Source: Macrostomum lignano (Eukaryota). From it: a DNA stretch of 64,000 bases. The stretch covers positions 327,554 to 391,553 of the forward strand of contig NIVC01000990.1 of assembly GCA_002269645.1 (NCBI GenBank), given 5' to 3'. A model generated the notes under the pieces. It was not told the DNA's origin and did not search any database. It worked only from the letters and a program-made list of their open reading frames with translations. Positions 51,586 to 64,000 of the stretch are shown here, piece after piece; position 1 is the stretch's first letter, and the number at the start of each line of letters is the position of its first letter. Both the position numbers and the translations under genes were made by a program.

Positions 51586-51764
51586 TAACTGCTGACTTCA
51601 AAGTGAAAATATTTTACTATGAACGGCCACTTGCAGTACATGAGGGACACTTGCAATAGAATCTTTAGTTGCTGTGAAATCCTTAGCTGATAACCAATAC
51701 TGATAATCCATGTCTTGCGAGAACAGCCAGCATTCCCCAGCTACAGCCCCCCATCCCACTTTTC

Positions 51765-54138
51765 CTACAGCTCACTATATCCCTCAGTCCCTACAGCTCA
51801 CTATATCCCACAGTCCCTACAGCTCACTATATCCCTCAGTCCCTACAGCTGACTATAACCCACAGTCCCTACAGCTCACTAAATCCCTCAGTCCCTACAG
51901 CTCACTATATCCCACAGTCCCTACAGCTCACTAAATCCCTCAGTCCCTACAGCTCACTATATCCCTCAGTCCCTACAGCTCACTATATCCCTCAGTCCCT
52001 ACAGCTGACTATATCCCTCAGTCCCTACAGCTGACTATATCCCTCAGTCCCTACAGCTGACTAAATCCCTCAGTCCCTACAGCTGACTGGATCCCTCAGT
52101 CCCTACAGCTGACTAAATCCCTCAGTCCCTACAGCTCACTATATCCCTCAGTCCCTACAGCTGACTATATCCCTCAGTCCCTACAGCTGACTATATCCCT
52201 CAGTCCCTACAGCTGACTATATCCCTCAGTCCCTACAGCTGACTATATCCCTCAGTCCCTACAGCTGACTATATCCCTCAGTCCCTACAGCTGACTAAAT
52301 CCCTCAGTCCCTACAGCTGACTATATTCCTCAGTCCCTACAGCTGACTATATCCCTCAGTCCCTACAGCTGACTATATCCCTCAGTCCCTACAGCTGACT
52401 ATATCCCTCAGTCCCTACAGCTGACTATATCCCTCAGTCCCTACAGCTCACTATATCCCTCAGTCCCTACAGCTGACTATAACCCACAGTCCCTACAGCT
52501 TCACTGTATCCCTCAGTCCCTACAGCTCACTAAATCCCTCAGTCCCTACAGCTCACTATATCCCACAGTCCCTACAGCTCACTAAATCCCTCAGTCCCTA
52601 CAGCTCACTATATCCCTCAGTCCCTACAGCTCACTATATCCCTCAGTCCCTACAGCTGACTATATCCCTCAGTCCCTACAGCTGACTATATCCCTCAGTC
52701 CCTACAGCTGACTAAATCCCTCAGTCCCTACAGCTGACTGGATCCCTCAGTCCCTACAGCTGACTAAATCCCTCAGTCCCTACAGCTCACTATATCCCTC
52801 AGTCCCTACAGCTGACTATATCCCTCAGTCCCTACAGCTGACTATATCCCTCAGTCCCTACAGCTGACTATATCCCTCAGTCCCTACAGCTGACTATATC
52901 CCTCAGTCCCTACAGCTGACTATATTCCTCAGTCCCTACAGCTGACTAAATCCCTCAGTCCCTACAGCTGACTATATTCCTCAGTCCCTACAGCTGACTA
53001 TATCCCTCAGTCCCTACAGCTGACTATATCCCTCAGTCCCTACAGCTGACTATATCCCTCAGTCCCTACAGCTGACTATATCCCTCAGTCCCTACAGCTC
53101 ACTATATCCCTCAGTCCCTACAGCTCACTGTATCCCTCAGTCCCTACAGCTCACTAAATCCCACAGTCCCTACAGCTCACTAAATCCCACAGTCCCTACA
53201 GCTGACTATATCCCTCAGTCCCTACAGCTGACTATATCCCTCAGTCCCTACAGCTGACTATATCCCTCAGTCCCTACAGCTGACTAAATCCCTCAGTCCC
53301 TACAGCTGACTAAATCCCTCAGTCCCTACAGCTGACTATATCCCTCAGTCCCTACAGCTCACTAAATCCCTCAGTCCCTACAGCTGACTATATCCCTCAG
53401 TCCCTACAGCTGACTAAATCCCTCAGTCCCTACAGCTGACTATATTCCTCAGTCCCTACAGCTGACTATATCCCTCAGTCCCTACAGCTGACTATATCCC
53501 TCAGTCCCTACAGCTGACTATATCCCTCAGTCCCTACAGCTGACTATATCCCTCAGTCCCTACAGCTCACTATATCCCTCAGTCCCTACAGCTGACTATA
53601 TCCCTCAGTCCCTACAGCTCACTAAATCCCTCAGTCCCTACAGCTGACTATATCCCTCAGTCCCTACAGCTCACTATATCCCTCAGTCCCTACAGCTCAC
53701 TATATCCCTCAGTCCCTACAGCTCACTAAATCCCACAGTCCCTACAGCTCACTAAATCCCACAGTCCCTACAGCTCACTGTATCCCTCAGTCCCTACAGC
53801 TCACTATATCCCTCAGTCCCTACAGCTCACTATATCCCTCAGTCCCTACAGCTCACTATATCCCTCAGTCCCTACAGCTCACTAAATCCCACAGTCCCTA
53901 CAGCTCACTAAATCCCTCAGTCCCTACAGCTCACTATATCCCTCAGTCCCTACAGCTCACTGTATCCCTCAGTCCCTACAGCTCACTATATCCCTCAGTC
54001 CCTACAGCTCACTGTATCCCTCAGTCCCTACAGCTCACTAAATCCCACAGTCCCTACAGCTCACTGTATCCCTCAGTCCCTACAGCTCACTGTATCCCTC
54101 AGTCCCTACAGCTCACTAAATCCCACAGTCCCTACAGC
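51765..54138. repeat. 26-bp satellite (ATCCCTCAGTCCCTACAGCT[G/C]ACTAT), about 90 copies
   Basis: Period of 26 measured; homogeneous array. Confidence 0.98.
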
Positions 54139-54547
54139 CCCATTACTAATAAATCATTACGGATGGTATTTCAAACGCCGGACATAAAAAAATAGTATAA
54201 ACATCCTTTAGACTATTTTATTTGTTAATGACACACTCCAAATTACATCCCGTTAGTAGCTACTGTAGTAAATGCAGCTAGTAAATTTAGAAACGGATGA
54301 AAAATAACAGCCAAATCCTACATACAGACTCTTACATCATACTAAACTGCTTAATATATAAGCAAAGCCCCTCCATGCGTTATAGCTCGTATCCATTTGA
54401 ATTCTTTGCTTTTTTAGATTTCCTGCATTAACTAATAGATTCTGTTTAAATTTGTTGATTTTCATCAACACAGTTTAGCAATAATGGTTTTTGGCGGACT
54501 ATTCCTCCGGTAAGTGTCTCAAAGAATATTGTGTGAATATTGTGAGT

Positions 54548-55362
54548 GACTTGAAGAGTGACCAGTGTCTTGAAGAGTGACCAGTGGCTTGAAGAGTGAC
54601 CATGGTAGCTTGAAGAGTGATTATTGGCTTGAAGAGTGATTATTGGCTTGAAGAGTGATTATTGGCTTGAAGAGTGATTATTGGCTTGAAGAGTGACCAG
54701 TAGCTTGAAGAGTGATTATTGGCTTGAAGAGTGACCAGTAGCTTGAAGAGTGATTATTGGCTTGAAGAGTGATTATTGGCTTGAAGAGTGATTATTGGCT
54801 TGAAGAGTGATTATTGGCTTGAAGAGTGATTATTGGCTTGAAGAGTATTGGCTTGAAGAGTGGCCAGTAGCTTGAAGAGTGATTATTGGCTTGAAGAGTG
54901 ATTATTGGCTTGAAGAGTGATTATTGGCTTGAAGAGTGATTATTGGCTTGAAGAGTATTGGCTTGAAGAGTGGCCAGTAGCTTGAAGAGTGATTATTGGC
55001 TTGAAGAGTGACCAGTAGCTTGAAGAGTGATTATTGGCTTGAAGAGTGATTATTGGCTTGAAGAGTGATTATTGGCTTGAAGAGTGATTATTGGCTTGAA
55101 GAGTGATTATTGGCTTGAAGAGTGATTATTGGCTTGAAGAGTATTGGCTTGAAGAGTGGCCAGTAGCTTGAAGAGTGATTATTGGCTTGAAGAGTGACCA
55201 GTGGCTTGAAGAGTGACCAGTGGCTTGAAGAGTGACCAGTGGCTTAAAGAGTGACCAGTGGCTTGAATAGTGACCAGTGGCTTGAAGAGTGACGAGTGGC
55301 TTGAAGAGTGACCAGTGGCTTGAAGAGTGACGAGTGGCTTGAAGAGTGACCAGTGGCTTGAG
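54548..55362. repeat. 19-bp minisatellite (GGCTTGAAGAGTGATTATT / -GACCAGT), about 43 copies
   Basis: Two unit variants segregate along the array. Confidence 0.97.
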
Positions 55363-55696
55363 TACATGTGCCAACCCGCAGCTTAAAGAGGAAGCTACAG
55401 ACTAGAATGGGAAGTCGTGTTATGTCAGACAATTTTTCTCTTCTACATGTAAACCTAATTTAGCTCTGGAATGCAAAGCTGTTGTCTGTAGTGCAGACCC
55501 CTACAGTGCGCAGTTTGCCGAAGTGCGCAGTTTGCCCCCCCCCGCACAGGACCAATAAAAAAGACAAAAAACATCCCTGACTGAGTTGGTTGAATCAAAA
55601 GGAATCGAACCCCCCCCCCGTAGTCATGGCGATGTGTTCTGCTCACACATGTACTTTTCAAATCGATGCCTACTGCATTCAAGTAGTATATAACAG

Positions 55697-56817
55697 ACTC
55701 AATTGTGTCTGCCATCGGAATGGCAGGACGGACTACAGCATCCCGCAGCTGTCTTCATCTGAGCTCGAATCGCTTGCCGACCGGCTCATCGCCGAGAATT
55801 CGCCACTGTTGGTCTTCGGCTACGCCTCGGTGGTGTGGAATCAGGGATTCCCGGTCCGCGGCAGGATTGTCGGGTCGGTCGATGGGTTCAAGCGGCGGTT
55901 CTACCAGGGCAACGTGAGCCACCGGGGCAGGCCGGGCAGGGTGAGCACTGCATGTTCTCTGCATGCTACTCACAACTTTAATTCAGTAGCTAGACGAAAA
56001 TATCTATTCTTTAAATAATGCTTTGCCGATATGTATCGAAAAGATTGTTACTTACGATTGTTTTGCATTCTGAATGCAGTATATGATACTTGCAACCATT
56101 GACAGACGCTGTCGATATGTATCGAAAATAATCAAACTATATCCTTCTATATGTATCTATATATCGAAGCATATCTAGAACCGACCAAAATAGGTTTTAA
56201 GAGTTAAAGTTTGGTGCCGATATGTATCGAAACTAATTTTCTCCGGAGGCTCGACTCATGCTAGTCTCAATAAAATATTTTCTGTAATTAAGCATCGTCG
56301 CCGATATGTATCGAAACTCGCGTTACTGACGCTCGACCCGCAGCCCGGCAGGGTCGCCACGCTGGTGCCGTGCGAGGGTGCCACGGTCTGGGGCACGGCC
56401 TTCGAGGTTGTCGGCGCCGAGGCGATCCGAGCCGCCGTCGCCCACCTCACGCAGCGAGAGGTGCGGCTGGGCGGCTACGTTTGCGTCCGGGTCCGGTTTC
56501 GGCCGCTGCATTCGGCCAGCAGCCGGGAGGCCTTCGCGTTCGTCGCCCTGCCGGACAACCCGCAGTACCTCGGCAAGGAAAGCCTCGAGCGGCAGGCGCG
56601 CCAGATGGCGCTCGCCGCCGGCCCGAGTGGCGCCAATGCCGACTACCTGCGCGGCGTCGCCCAATTCATGCTCAGCGAGGTGCCCGACGCCGAGGCCCGC
56701 GACCCGCACCTGTTCCGCCTGCTGCGCCGCATGGAGGCCGAGTTGGCGAAGGCGGCTTGCACTGAGCGACATGGCCGGCCTCCAGAACTCGACACCTGGT
56801 GCACGGGAAGTGCTTGA
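55697..56817 (+). CDS. CHAC1: ChaC-family glutathione-specific gamma-glutamylcyclotransferase; exons about 55697-55940 and 56344-56817; start not resolved
   Basis: VFGYASVVW..GFKRRFYQGNVSHRGRPGR|PGRVATL..WGTAF..HLTQREVRLGGY..NPQYLG..GPSGANADYL. Donor GTGAGC at 55941, acceptor CCGCAG ending at 56343, phase 0. ChaC1 versus ChaC2 assignment is tentative. Confidence 0.9.
55985..56320. repeat. Dispersed short repeats (GCCGATATGTATCGAAA, about 5 copies) in the ChaC intron
   Basis: Copies at about 56027, 56113, 56217 and 56300, plus partial ones. Confidence 0.75.
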
Positions 56818-56974
56818 TCCCCTCCTCCTCTAACGACTGACTTTTCTCTCACTGATTGTGTGGTAATGATAAGTTTTTTTAGCTGACAGACCGGCTCTAA
56901 TAAATCTGCATTGCTACAGTACGTCTCTGTTCAAACTGATATTGATGAATTTTCAACTCGATTTATTATTATAC

Positions 56975-59445
56975 CCACAGATAGATTCTCATCCCCAACA
57001 CATCTATTCTCATCCCCCACAGATCTATTCTCATCTCACACAGATCTATTCTCATCTCACACAGATCGATTCTCATCCCCCACACATCGATTCTCATCCC
57101 CCACACATCGATTCTCATCCCCCACACATCGATTCTCATCCCCAACACATCTATTCTCATCCCCACAGATCTATTCTCATCTCACACAGATCGATTCTCA
57201 TCCCCCACACATCGATTCTCATCCCCCACACATCGATTCTCATCCCCCACACATCGATTCTCATCTCCAACACATCGATTCTCATCCCCCACAGATCGAT
57301 TCTCATCCCCTCAAATTTATTCTCATCCCCCACAAATCGATTCTCATCCCCCACACATCGATTCTCATCCCCCACACATCGATTCTCATCCCCAACACAT
57401 CTATTCTCATCCCCCACAGATCTATTCTCATCTCACACAGATCGATTCTCATCTCACACAGATCGATTCTCATCCCCCACACATCGATTCTCATCCCCAC
57501 ACATCGATTCTCATCCCCCACACATCGATTCTCATCTCCAACACATCGATTCTCATCCCCCACACATCGATTCTCATCCCCTCAAATTTATTCTCATCCC
57601 CACACATCGATTCTCATCCCCCACACATCGATTCTCATCCCCCACACATCGATTCTCATCCCCCTCAGATCTATTCTCATCCCCAACACATCGATTCTCA
57701 TCCCCTCAGATCTATTCTCATCCTCCACACATCGATTCTCATCCCCCACACATCGATTCTCATCCCCACACATCGATTCTCATCCCCAACACATCTATTC
57801 TCATCCCCACAGATCTATTCTCATCTCACACAGATCGATTCTCATCTCACACAGATCGATTCTCATCCCCACACATCGATTCTCATCCCCCACACATCGA
57901 TTCTCATCTCCAACACATCGATTCTCATCCCCCACAGATCGATTCTCATCCCCTCAAATTTATTCTCATCCCCCACACATCGATTCTCATCCCCCACAGA
58001 TCTATTCTCATCCCCCACAGATCGATTCTCATCCCCACACATCGATTCTCATCCCCCACACATCGATTCTCATCCCCCTCAGATCTATTCTCATCCCAAC
58101 ACATCGATTCTCATCCCCTCAGATCTATTCTCATCCTCCACAGATCGATTCTCATCCCCCACACATCGATTCTCATCCCCCACACATCGATTCTCATCCC
58201 CCACACATCGATTCTCATCCCCACACATCGATTCTCATCCCCCACACATCGATTCTCATCCCCCACACATCGATTCTCATCCCCCACAGATCTATTCTCA
58301 TCCCCCACAGATCGATTCTCATCCCCCACACATCGATTTTCATCCCCCACACATCGATTCTCATCCCCACAGATCGATTCTCATCCCCCACACATCGATT
58401 CTCATCCCCCACACATCGATTCTCATCCCCTCAGATCTATTCTCATCCCAACACATCGATTCTCATCCCCCTCAGATCTATTCTCATCCTCCACAGATCG
58501 ATTCTCATCCCCACACATCGATTCTCATCCCCCACACATCGATTCTCATCCCCCACACATCGATTCTCATCCCCACACATCGATTCTCATCCCCCACACA
58601 TCGATTCTCATCCCCCACACATCGATTCTCATCCCCCACAGATCTATTCTCATCTCACACAGATCGATTCTTATCCCCACACATCGATTCTCATCCCCCA
58701 CACATCGATTCTCATCCTCCACACATCGATTCTCATCCCCCACACATCGATTCTCATCCCCCACACATCGATTCTCATCCCCCACACATCGATTCTCATC
58801 CCCACACATCGATTCTCATCCCCCACACATCGATTCTCATCCCCACACATCGATTCTCATCCCCCTCAGATCTATTCTCATCCCCACAGATCGATTTCAT
58901 CCCCCACACATCGATTCTCATCCCCCACACATCGATTCTCACCCCCCACACATCGATTCTCATCCCCCTTAGATCTATTCTCAACCCCCAACATCGATTC
59001 TAATCCCCCACACATCGATTCTCATCCCCCTCAGATCTATTCTCATCCCCCACACATCGATTCTCATCCCCCACACATCGATTCTCATCCATCACACATC
59101 GATTCTCACCCCCACACATCGATTCTCATCCCCTTAGATCTATTCTCATCCCCCAAACATCGATTCTCATCCCCACACATCGATTCTCATCCCCCTCAGA
59201 TCTATTCTCATCCCCCACACATCGATTCTCATCCCCCACACATCGATTCTCATCCCCCACACATCGATTCTCATCCCCCACACATCGATTCTCATCCCCA
59301 CACATCGATTCTCATCCCCCACACATCGATTCTCATCCCCACACATCGATTCTCATCCCCCACAGATCGATTCTCACCCCACAGATCGATTCTCATCCCC
59401 CACAGATCGATTCTCACCCCCAGATCGATTCTCATCCTCATGAGT
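56975..59445. repeat. 20-21-bp satellite (CACATCGATTCTCATCCCC[C]A), about 120 copies
   Basis: Tandem array; generates the 847-aa and 676-aa repeat ORFs. Confidence 0.98.
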
Positions 59446-59789
59446 CATCGATGAGGTGTCTGGTAGGCACCGGTAGTCAGTTAGCGTCCAAGTCTCAATG
59501 CGCACCTGCTGCTGGACCGATCTGCAGGCTCAAGGCAGCTATTGGAAAGAGTCAATTACGATTATGCAGGCTCGATTTCATTTCGATTATTATGATTTTT
59601 ATGGCTACGACGATGCTAAATTTAAATCAGGATGATTCTAGGGCTGAATAAACAGTGACCGGAAATACGAGTACTTCGTAAGCTCACATCATTACCGCTG
59701 CAATACAGCCAATGAGGAGAGATGAGACAATGTAGTCTCAACAATAGACTACACTACCATAGACTATACGCTCCCATAGACTAAACTAC

Positions 59790-61163
59790 TGTGGTGACAG
59801 GGGAAATCCCGGTCTTCTCTTCCAGAGTCCGGCTCGTATACTGACCCTCGCTGTGGTCGCCAACCTACTCGCGTACGACGAGGTGCTGGTCCGGGGGGTC
59901 CTTGGGACAGGCGTACGACGCTCCGATCCCGCCTAAGCGGCCAACCCCAAAACCTCAAAGAACACGACTGAAGGCTCACGGTTACGGGTGACGTGTGGTC
60001 TATTTCTCCGGGTACACAGGGCAGCACGGCACAGTCGCAAATGAGAACGCGAATGAGTTACAAACTAGCAATCTAGTGCCCCCTTCGGGACGCCCAATAA
60101 GCAAGGAGCAAAAGTTATTCATGGAAAACAATTAAAGGGCAAATTTTCTTAGGAACCTGTTCCTTCTTCACTTTTAAAAATCACCTTATTCAAGTAAAAT
60201 TGTCACGGACAAAGATTTTTGCTGTGAATCTCTTTTTTCTAAAAATAACAAAGACGACAAAATGAAGCTTTCACAAAGGTAACAGACATTCCCCTTAAAT
60301 AGAAAACATCCCCAAGAAAGCAAGCATCCCCCCAGATAGCAAGCATCCCCCAGACAGCAAGCACCCCCAGACAGCAAGCATCCCCAGATAGCAAGCATCC
60401 CCCAGACAGCAAGCACCCCAGATAGCAAGCATCCCCCAGATAGCAAGCATCCTCAGATAGCAAGCATCCCCCAGATAGCAATTAAGCATCTCCCAGATAG
60501 CAAGCATCCCCCAGACAGCAAGCATCCCCCAGACAGCAAGCACCCCCAGATAGCAAGCATCCCCCAGATAGCAAGCATCCCAGATAGCAAGCATCCCTCA
60601 GATAGCAAGCATCCCCCAGATAGCAATTAAGCATCTCCCAGATAGCAAGCATCCCCAGACAGCAAGCACCCCCAGATAGCAAGCATCCCCAGATAGCAAG
60701 CATCCCCAGATAGCAAGCATCCCCCAGATAGCAAGCATCCCTCAGATAGCAAGCATCCCCCAGATAGCAATTAAGCATCTCCCAGATAGCAAGCATCCCA
60801 GCAGACGACGGCCGCGCGGCTTAGAGAGGCCAACCCATGCTGGATGAAGGAATACTATGGATTGCTCATCTGAAATCATATATGGTCAATAGTATTCCTT
60901 CAACTATGGGCCAACCGCCCCAAACAGCGCGAGGGAGGGGTGGCTCAGTCAATCAGACTGCATGCTTCACGGCCCAGACAACAATGTCTACCCGGCTAAA
61001 GCCAAACGCCAGGCTGTACGCAGGCTTACTCATGACAAAAGGGCAGAATTAGAGACTAAGGGTGGGCCGGTTTTCACCAGTTCGGCACGCGCGTAGAGGA
61101 GAAATAAACAAGCAGAGAGGACATTGCGTCCTTTAAATGGACTGGGGAGGTGTACTCACCACA
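59790..61163. mobile_element. Solo LTR (1374 bp) carrying an internal minisatellite
   Basis: Termini TGTGGTGA...TCACCACA (TG..CA, 8-bp perfect inverted repeat); 4-bp TSD CTAC at 59786-59789 and 61164-61167; AATAAA at about 61103. Confidence 0.8.
60312..60800. repeat. About 18-20-bp minisatellite (CCCAGATAGCAAGCATCC) inside the solo LTR
   Basis: Tandem units, with a GCAATTAAGC variant recurring three times. Confidence 0.93.
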
Positions 61164-61690
61164 CTACCATAGACTATACGCTCCATAGACTGAACTACCA
61201 TAGACTATATTCCCATAAAGTCATAGACTATACTCCCATAGACTGAACTACCATAGACTATATTCCCATAAAGTCATAGACTATACTCCCATAGACTGAA
61301 CTACCATAGACTATACTCCCATAGACTATACTCCATAGACTATACTCCATAGACTATACTCCCTAGACTATACTCCCATAGACTATACTCCCATAGACTA
61401 TACTCCCATAGACTATACTCCCATAGACTATACTCCCATAGACTATACTCCCATAGACTATACTCCCTTAGACTATAGTCACTGACTATAATCCCATAGA
61501 TTATAGTCCCATAGGCTAGTCCAATACACTAGTGCCATAGAAAATTCCCATAGACTATAGTCATAGAGATTATAGTCCCGTAGACTATGATCCCTTAAAC
61601 TAGTCCCATAGATTATATTCTCGTAGACTTATTCTCCCATAGAGTAATCCCATAGACTATAGTCTCATCAAGTAGTCCCATAGACTTCTA
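61164..61690. repeat. 15-bp minisatellite (CATAGACTATACTCC); its first unit(s) lie left of the LTR at 59745-59789
   Basis: Tandem units decay toward the 3' end. Confidence 0.92.
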
Positions 61691-62204
61691 AGCCTATTCT
61701 TATAACGGAGATTCGGAAATTATATACACTACAATAATTATTATCAGCACTACTCATAGTTATAATTCTCAACAACGATAATAATTAGATAAATAATATA
61801 TTACTGACATTCCGACTTAAAATTCACAACTGATCAATAGCAAATAAAGGCAAAGATTCAAGCAATTTTTATAATCATTATAATGAGTCGCACTTATCCA
61901 AAATCCCATTAAAAATTATAACTTATCCCATTTTAACTAAGCAGAAGATACGAGCTGGGAAATAAAGAGCAAAATGACAAATCTATCTCACTATCTATCT
62001 CAGTCTATCTCACTAAACCACAGTGGAGTGGAGTGGAGTTAAATCGTGAGTTTAAGGTCTCTGAAGCATAGCCAGAATCAGATACAGTTTACAAGCTAGA
62101 TGAACTGCGGTATTTCAAAACAAACCAACAAGTGCACAACAGAACCAGGCGAGCAAAAACGAGTTAACAGGTAGTTATAAATACCCAGCAACTTCAGAAA
62201 TGAG

Positions 62205-62320
62205 CGAAGCCTGCCTTGAACCCCATCGAGCATGTCCGGGACTTCGTAAAGCGAGGAGTTCAGCAGGGAGTCCAGCAGAATGCTGAACAGTTGCTACGGG
62301 CGGCTCTGAACGCCTGGCTT
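62205..62320 (+). mobile_element. Tc1-like transposase C-terminal fragment
   Basis: ALNPIEHVRDFVKRGV..NAEQLLRAALNAW resembles SPDLNPIEHVW..KR..L..AW. Confidence 0.5.
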
Positions 62321-62632
62321 TCAGTTTTAGTTTTAAAATAGCCATCGTTATTATGCTGTGTCCACCTAGACTGCGTGTGGGTATGACTATGGGGGGGGGG
62401 GGTTCGCAATAGACGAAGAGTTCCAGTCTCCAAGACCGCTTCTCACTCAATGTTTTTGGCACTTGAACTGGGGAATTGACGCCAATTTTCTTCCCTCATC
62501 TGAATGTGCGCTCGTGGTTGCCAAGCAGTTCTACATAAAAATCAAGTTATCAAAGCGGGCGCGAAGCCTCCCGGGATGTCAACACACGGAGCAGAAACTG
62601 CAGAATCCAAGCCAACTGCTACCAACGGCACA

Positions 62633-63660
62633 ATGCTTTCTCTGCTCATCTTCTGCGCTGTCATGGCAGCGGCTGCACGGCTGAGAAGCCCTGCTGGAGT
62701 CTCCAGCGAGGTGACCTCACCGAGTACCGGGTGCTGGCGGTGAAGCTGGCGGTCAACGACATTCACTGCGTGACTTCTGCTGAGAACGCGGAAGCCGTCC
62801 GCTTCGACGCGGCCTCGGCTCCTGCTCGCTGCTGGCGTGCGATCGGGGAGCGATGGATGCCTGCAGGAAGTGCCGGCACGCCAGCGACTCCAGCCTGCCT
62901 CAGCTGTGGGTGAGTGAGCTGGGCTTTGCTTTGCGGCTTCTGCACTTTGCAGCACGCATCAATATGCGTGCACGAAATGCAGCACCGCATCAATATGCGT
63001 GCACGAAATGCAGCACCGCATCAATATGCGTGCATGAAATGCAGCACCGCATCAATATGCGTGCACGAAATGCAGCCTGCATCAATATGCGTACACGAAA
63101 TGCAGCACCGCATCGCCCATTGTAGATGAGGAAGCCGGTGAAGTGCTGGACGACCTTCCAGCGCAGAGTCGACGGCTCCATCAGCTTTAACCGGAACTGG
63201 GCGGACACGCGAGCGGATTCGGTCAGGGCGAGAGTCTCAACTACTGGATGGGACTGGAGCAGCTCCACCAGCTCACCGCCACCGGAGTGTGGAGAGTCCG
63301 CTGGAGTTCAGCGACTGGAACGGCACCTGGTACTGGGCTGAGAATGCTCCGTTCTCTGTTGGCCAGCGAGCGACAAGTACAGGTGCTCGATGGGACCTCT
63401 GGACGCGAGCAGGTCGAGTGTCGGACAGCGGACTGAAGCGAACTTCTCGTCGAACAACTGGCAGTTCAGCACTCCGGACTCCGACAACGACAATTGGAGC
63501 GAAGAAGCTGCGCACAGGACAGGCAGGCTGGCTGGTGGTACGGCGAGTGCTCATTCACGGACCCGAACGGAGTCTACAAAGAGTATCCAATATTAACACA
63601 CGGGGGCTTTATTACTATCTTAATGAGTCTGGTGCGCACTTGTTTTGTCCTACTCGATGA
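62633..63660 (+). pseudogene. Fibrinogen-related (FReD) secreted protein gene, 2 exons (intron about 62909-63126), multiply frameshifted; pseudogene or consensus errors
   Basis: Signal peptide MLSLLIFCAVMAAA. The exon-2 pieces in successive frames read WTTFQRRVDGSISFNRNW / GFGQGESLNYWMGLEQLHQLT / EFSDWNGTWYWAE / NNWQFSTPDSDND / CAQDRQAGWWYGECSFTDPNGVY. Confidence 0.85.
62955..63115. repeat. 31-bp minisatellite (GCATCAATATGCGTGCACGAAATGCAGCACC), about 5 copies, in the FReD intron
   Basis: Direct tandem units. Confidence 0.92.
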
Positions 63661-63733
63661 AGACGTTTGAGTGCCTGCTTTTTAATTGAGATGCTTCGTG
63701 CTCAAAACTGCGATCAGCAGTAGTTTCTGATGT

Positions 63734-64000
63734 GCGCTCTGATGTGCCAGCGGCCCAGGCTCGATTCCAAGTTTAGTTTGGGCTGAATTGGATCTCGGCT
63801 TGGCTCTGCTCGTGCAATTAACGCCTTTGAGACCCAACCCCCTAAGTCATAGTGAAGTGTATATGCCTAACGATAAATAAAGTTAGGGCCGCTGTGCACT
63901 CCTGTGTGAGTGTGTGCCTGCGTATGACTGCGTACGTTTTCCGCGCGCGCTTTGTGCCTGCTTAGGGGAGTCGGCGGAATAAGCAGTAATGCCTCTCGCC
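63734..64000 (+). mobile_element. tRNA-derived SINE copy lacking the A box, running off the window end
   Basis: Clearly colinear with 23720-24000, including the B box GGCTCGATTCC. Confidence 0.85.

Noticed and set aside
56911-59454. 847-aa and 676-aa ORFs (HRFSSPT / HIDSHPP)
   Set aside because: Translation of a 20-21-bp satellite; all frames give repeat peptides, with no signal or flanking gene structure.
59806-59830. CGGTCTTCT resembling a recalled flatworm spliced-leader start
   Set aside because: Only about 9 nt match, no donor or Sm site, and it lies within an LTR.

Overview
Eukaryotic (animal) genomic DNA with spliceosomal GT-AG introns, GC-rich exons in AT-rich background and many minisatellites. 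The style resembles a free-living flatworm such as Macrostomum; this is an inference and no search was run. Host genes reconstructed by hand: a divergent SMARCE1/BAF57-like HMG-box gene (3 coding exons), a very large inducible GTPase (VLIG/GVIN-URGCP family), an intronless secreted orphan, a complete 6-exon GMP synthase, a ChaC gamma-glutamylcyclotransferase and a frameshifted fibrinogen-related gene. Mobile and viral DNA: an intact mariner, a THAP/P-element relic, a decayed Gypsy, a solo LTR, two LINE relics, four copies of a tRNA-derived SINE, a hAT-type MITE, a foldback element, a Tc1 fragment and two Polinton/adintovirus relics (pPolB; major plus minor capsid). The most notable signals are: (1) a LIM-type zinc-finger exon whose phase-1 donor splices in frame onto the giant VLIG exon, predicting a LIM-VLIG fusion; (2) an upstream stand-alone copy of the VLIG G domain with mostly synonymous differences; (3) a spliceosomal intron inside the catalytic DTDS motif of the Polinton polymerase. 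All alignments, counts and family assignments were made by eye.
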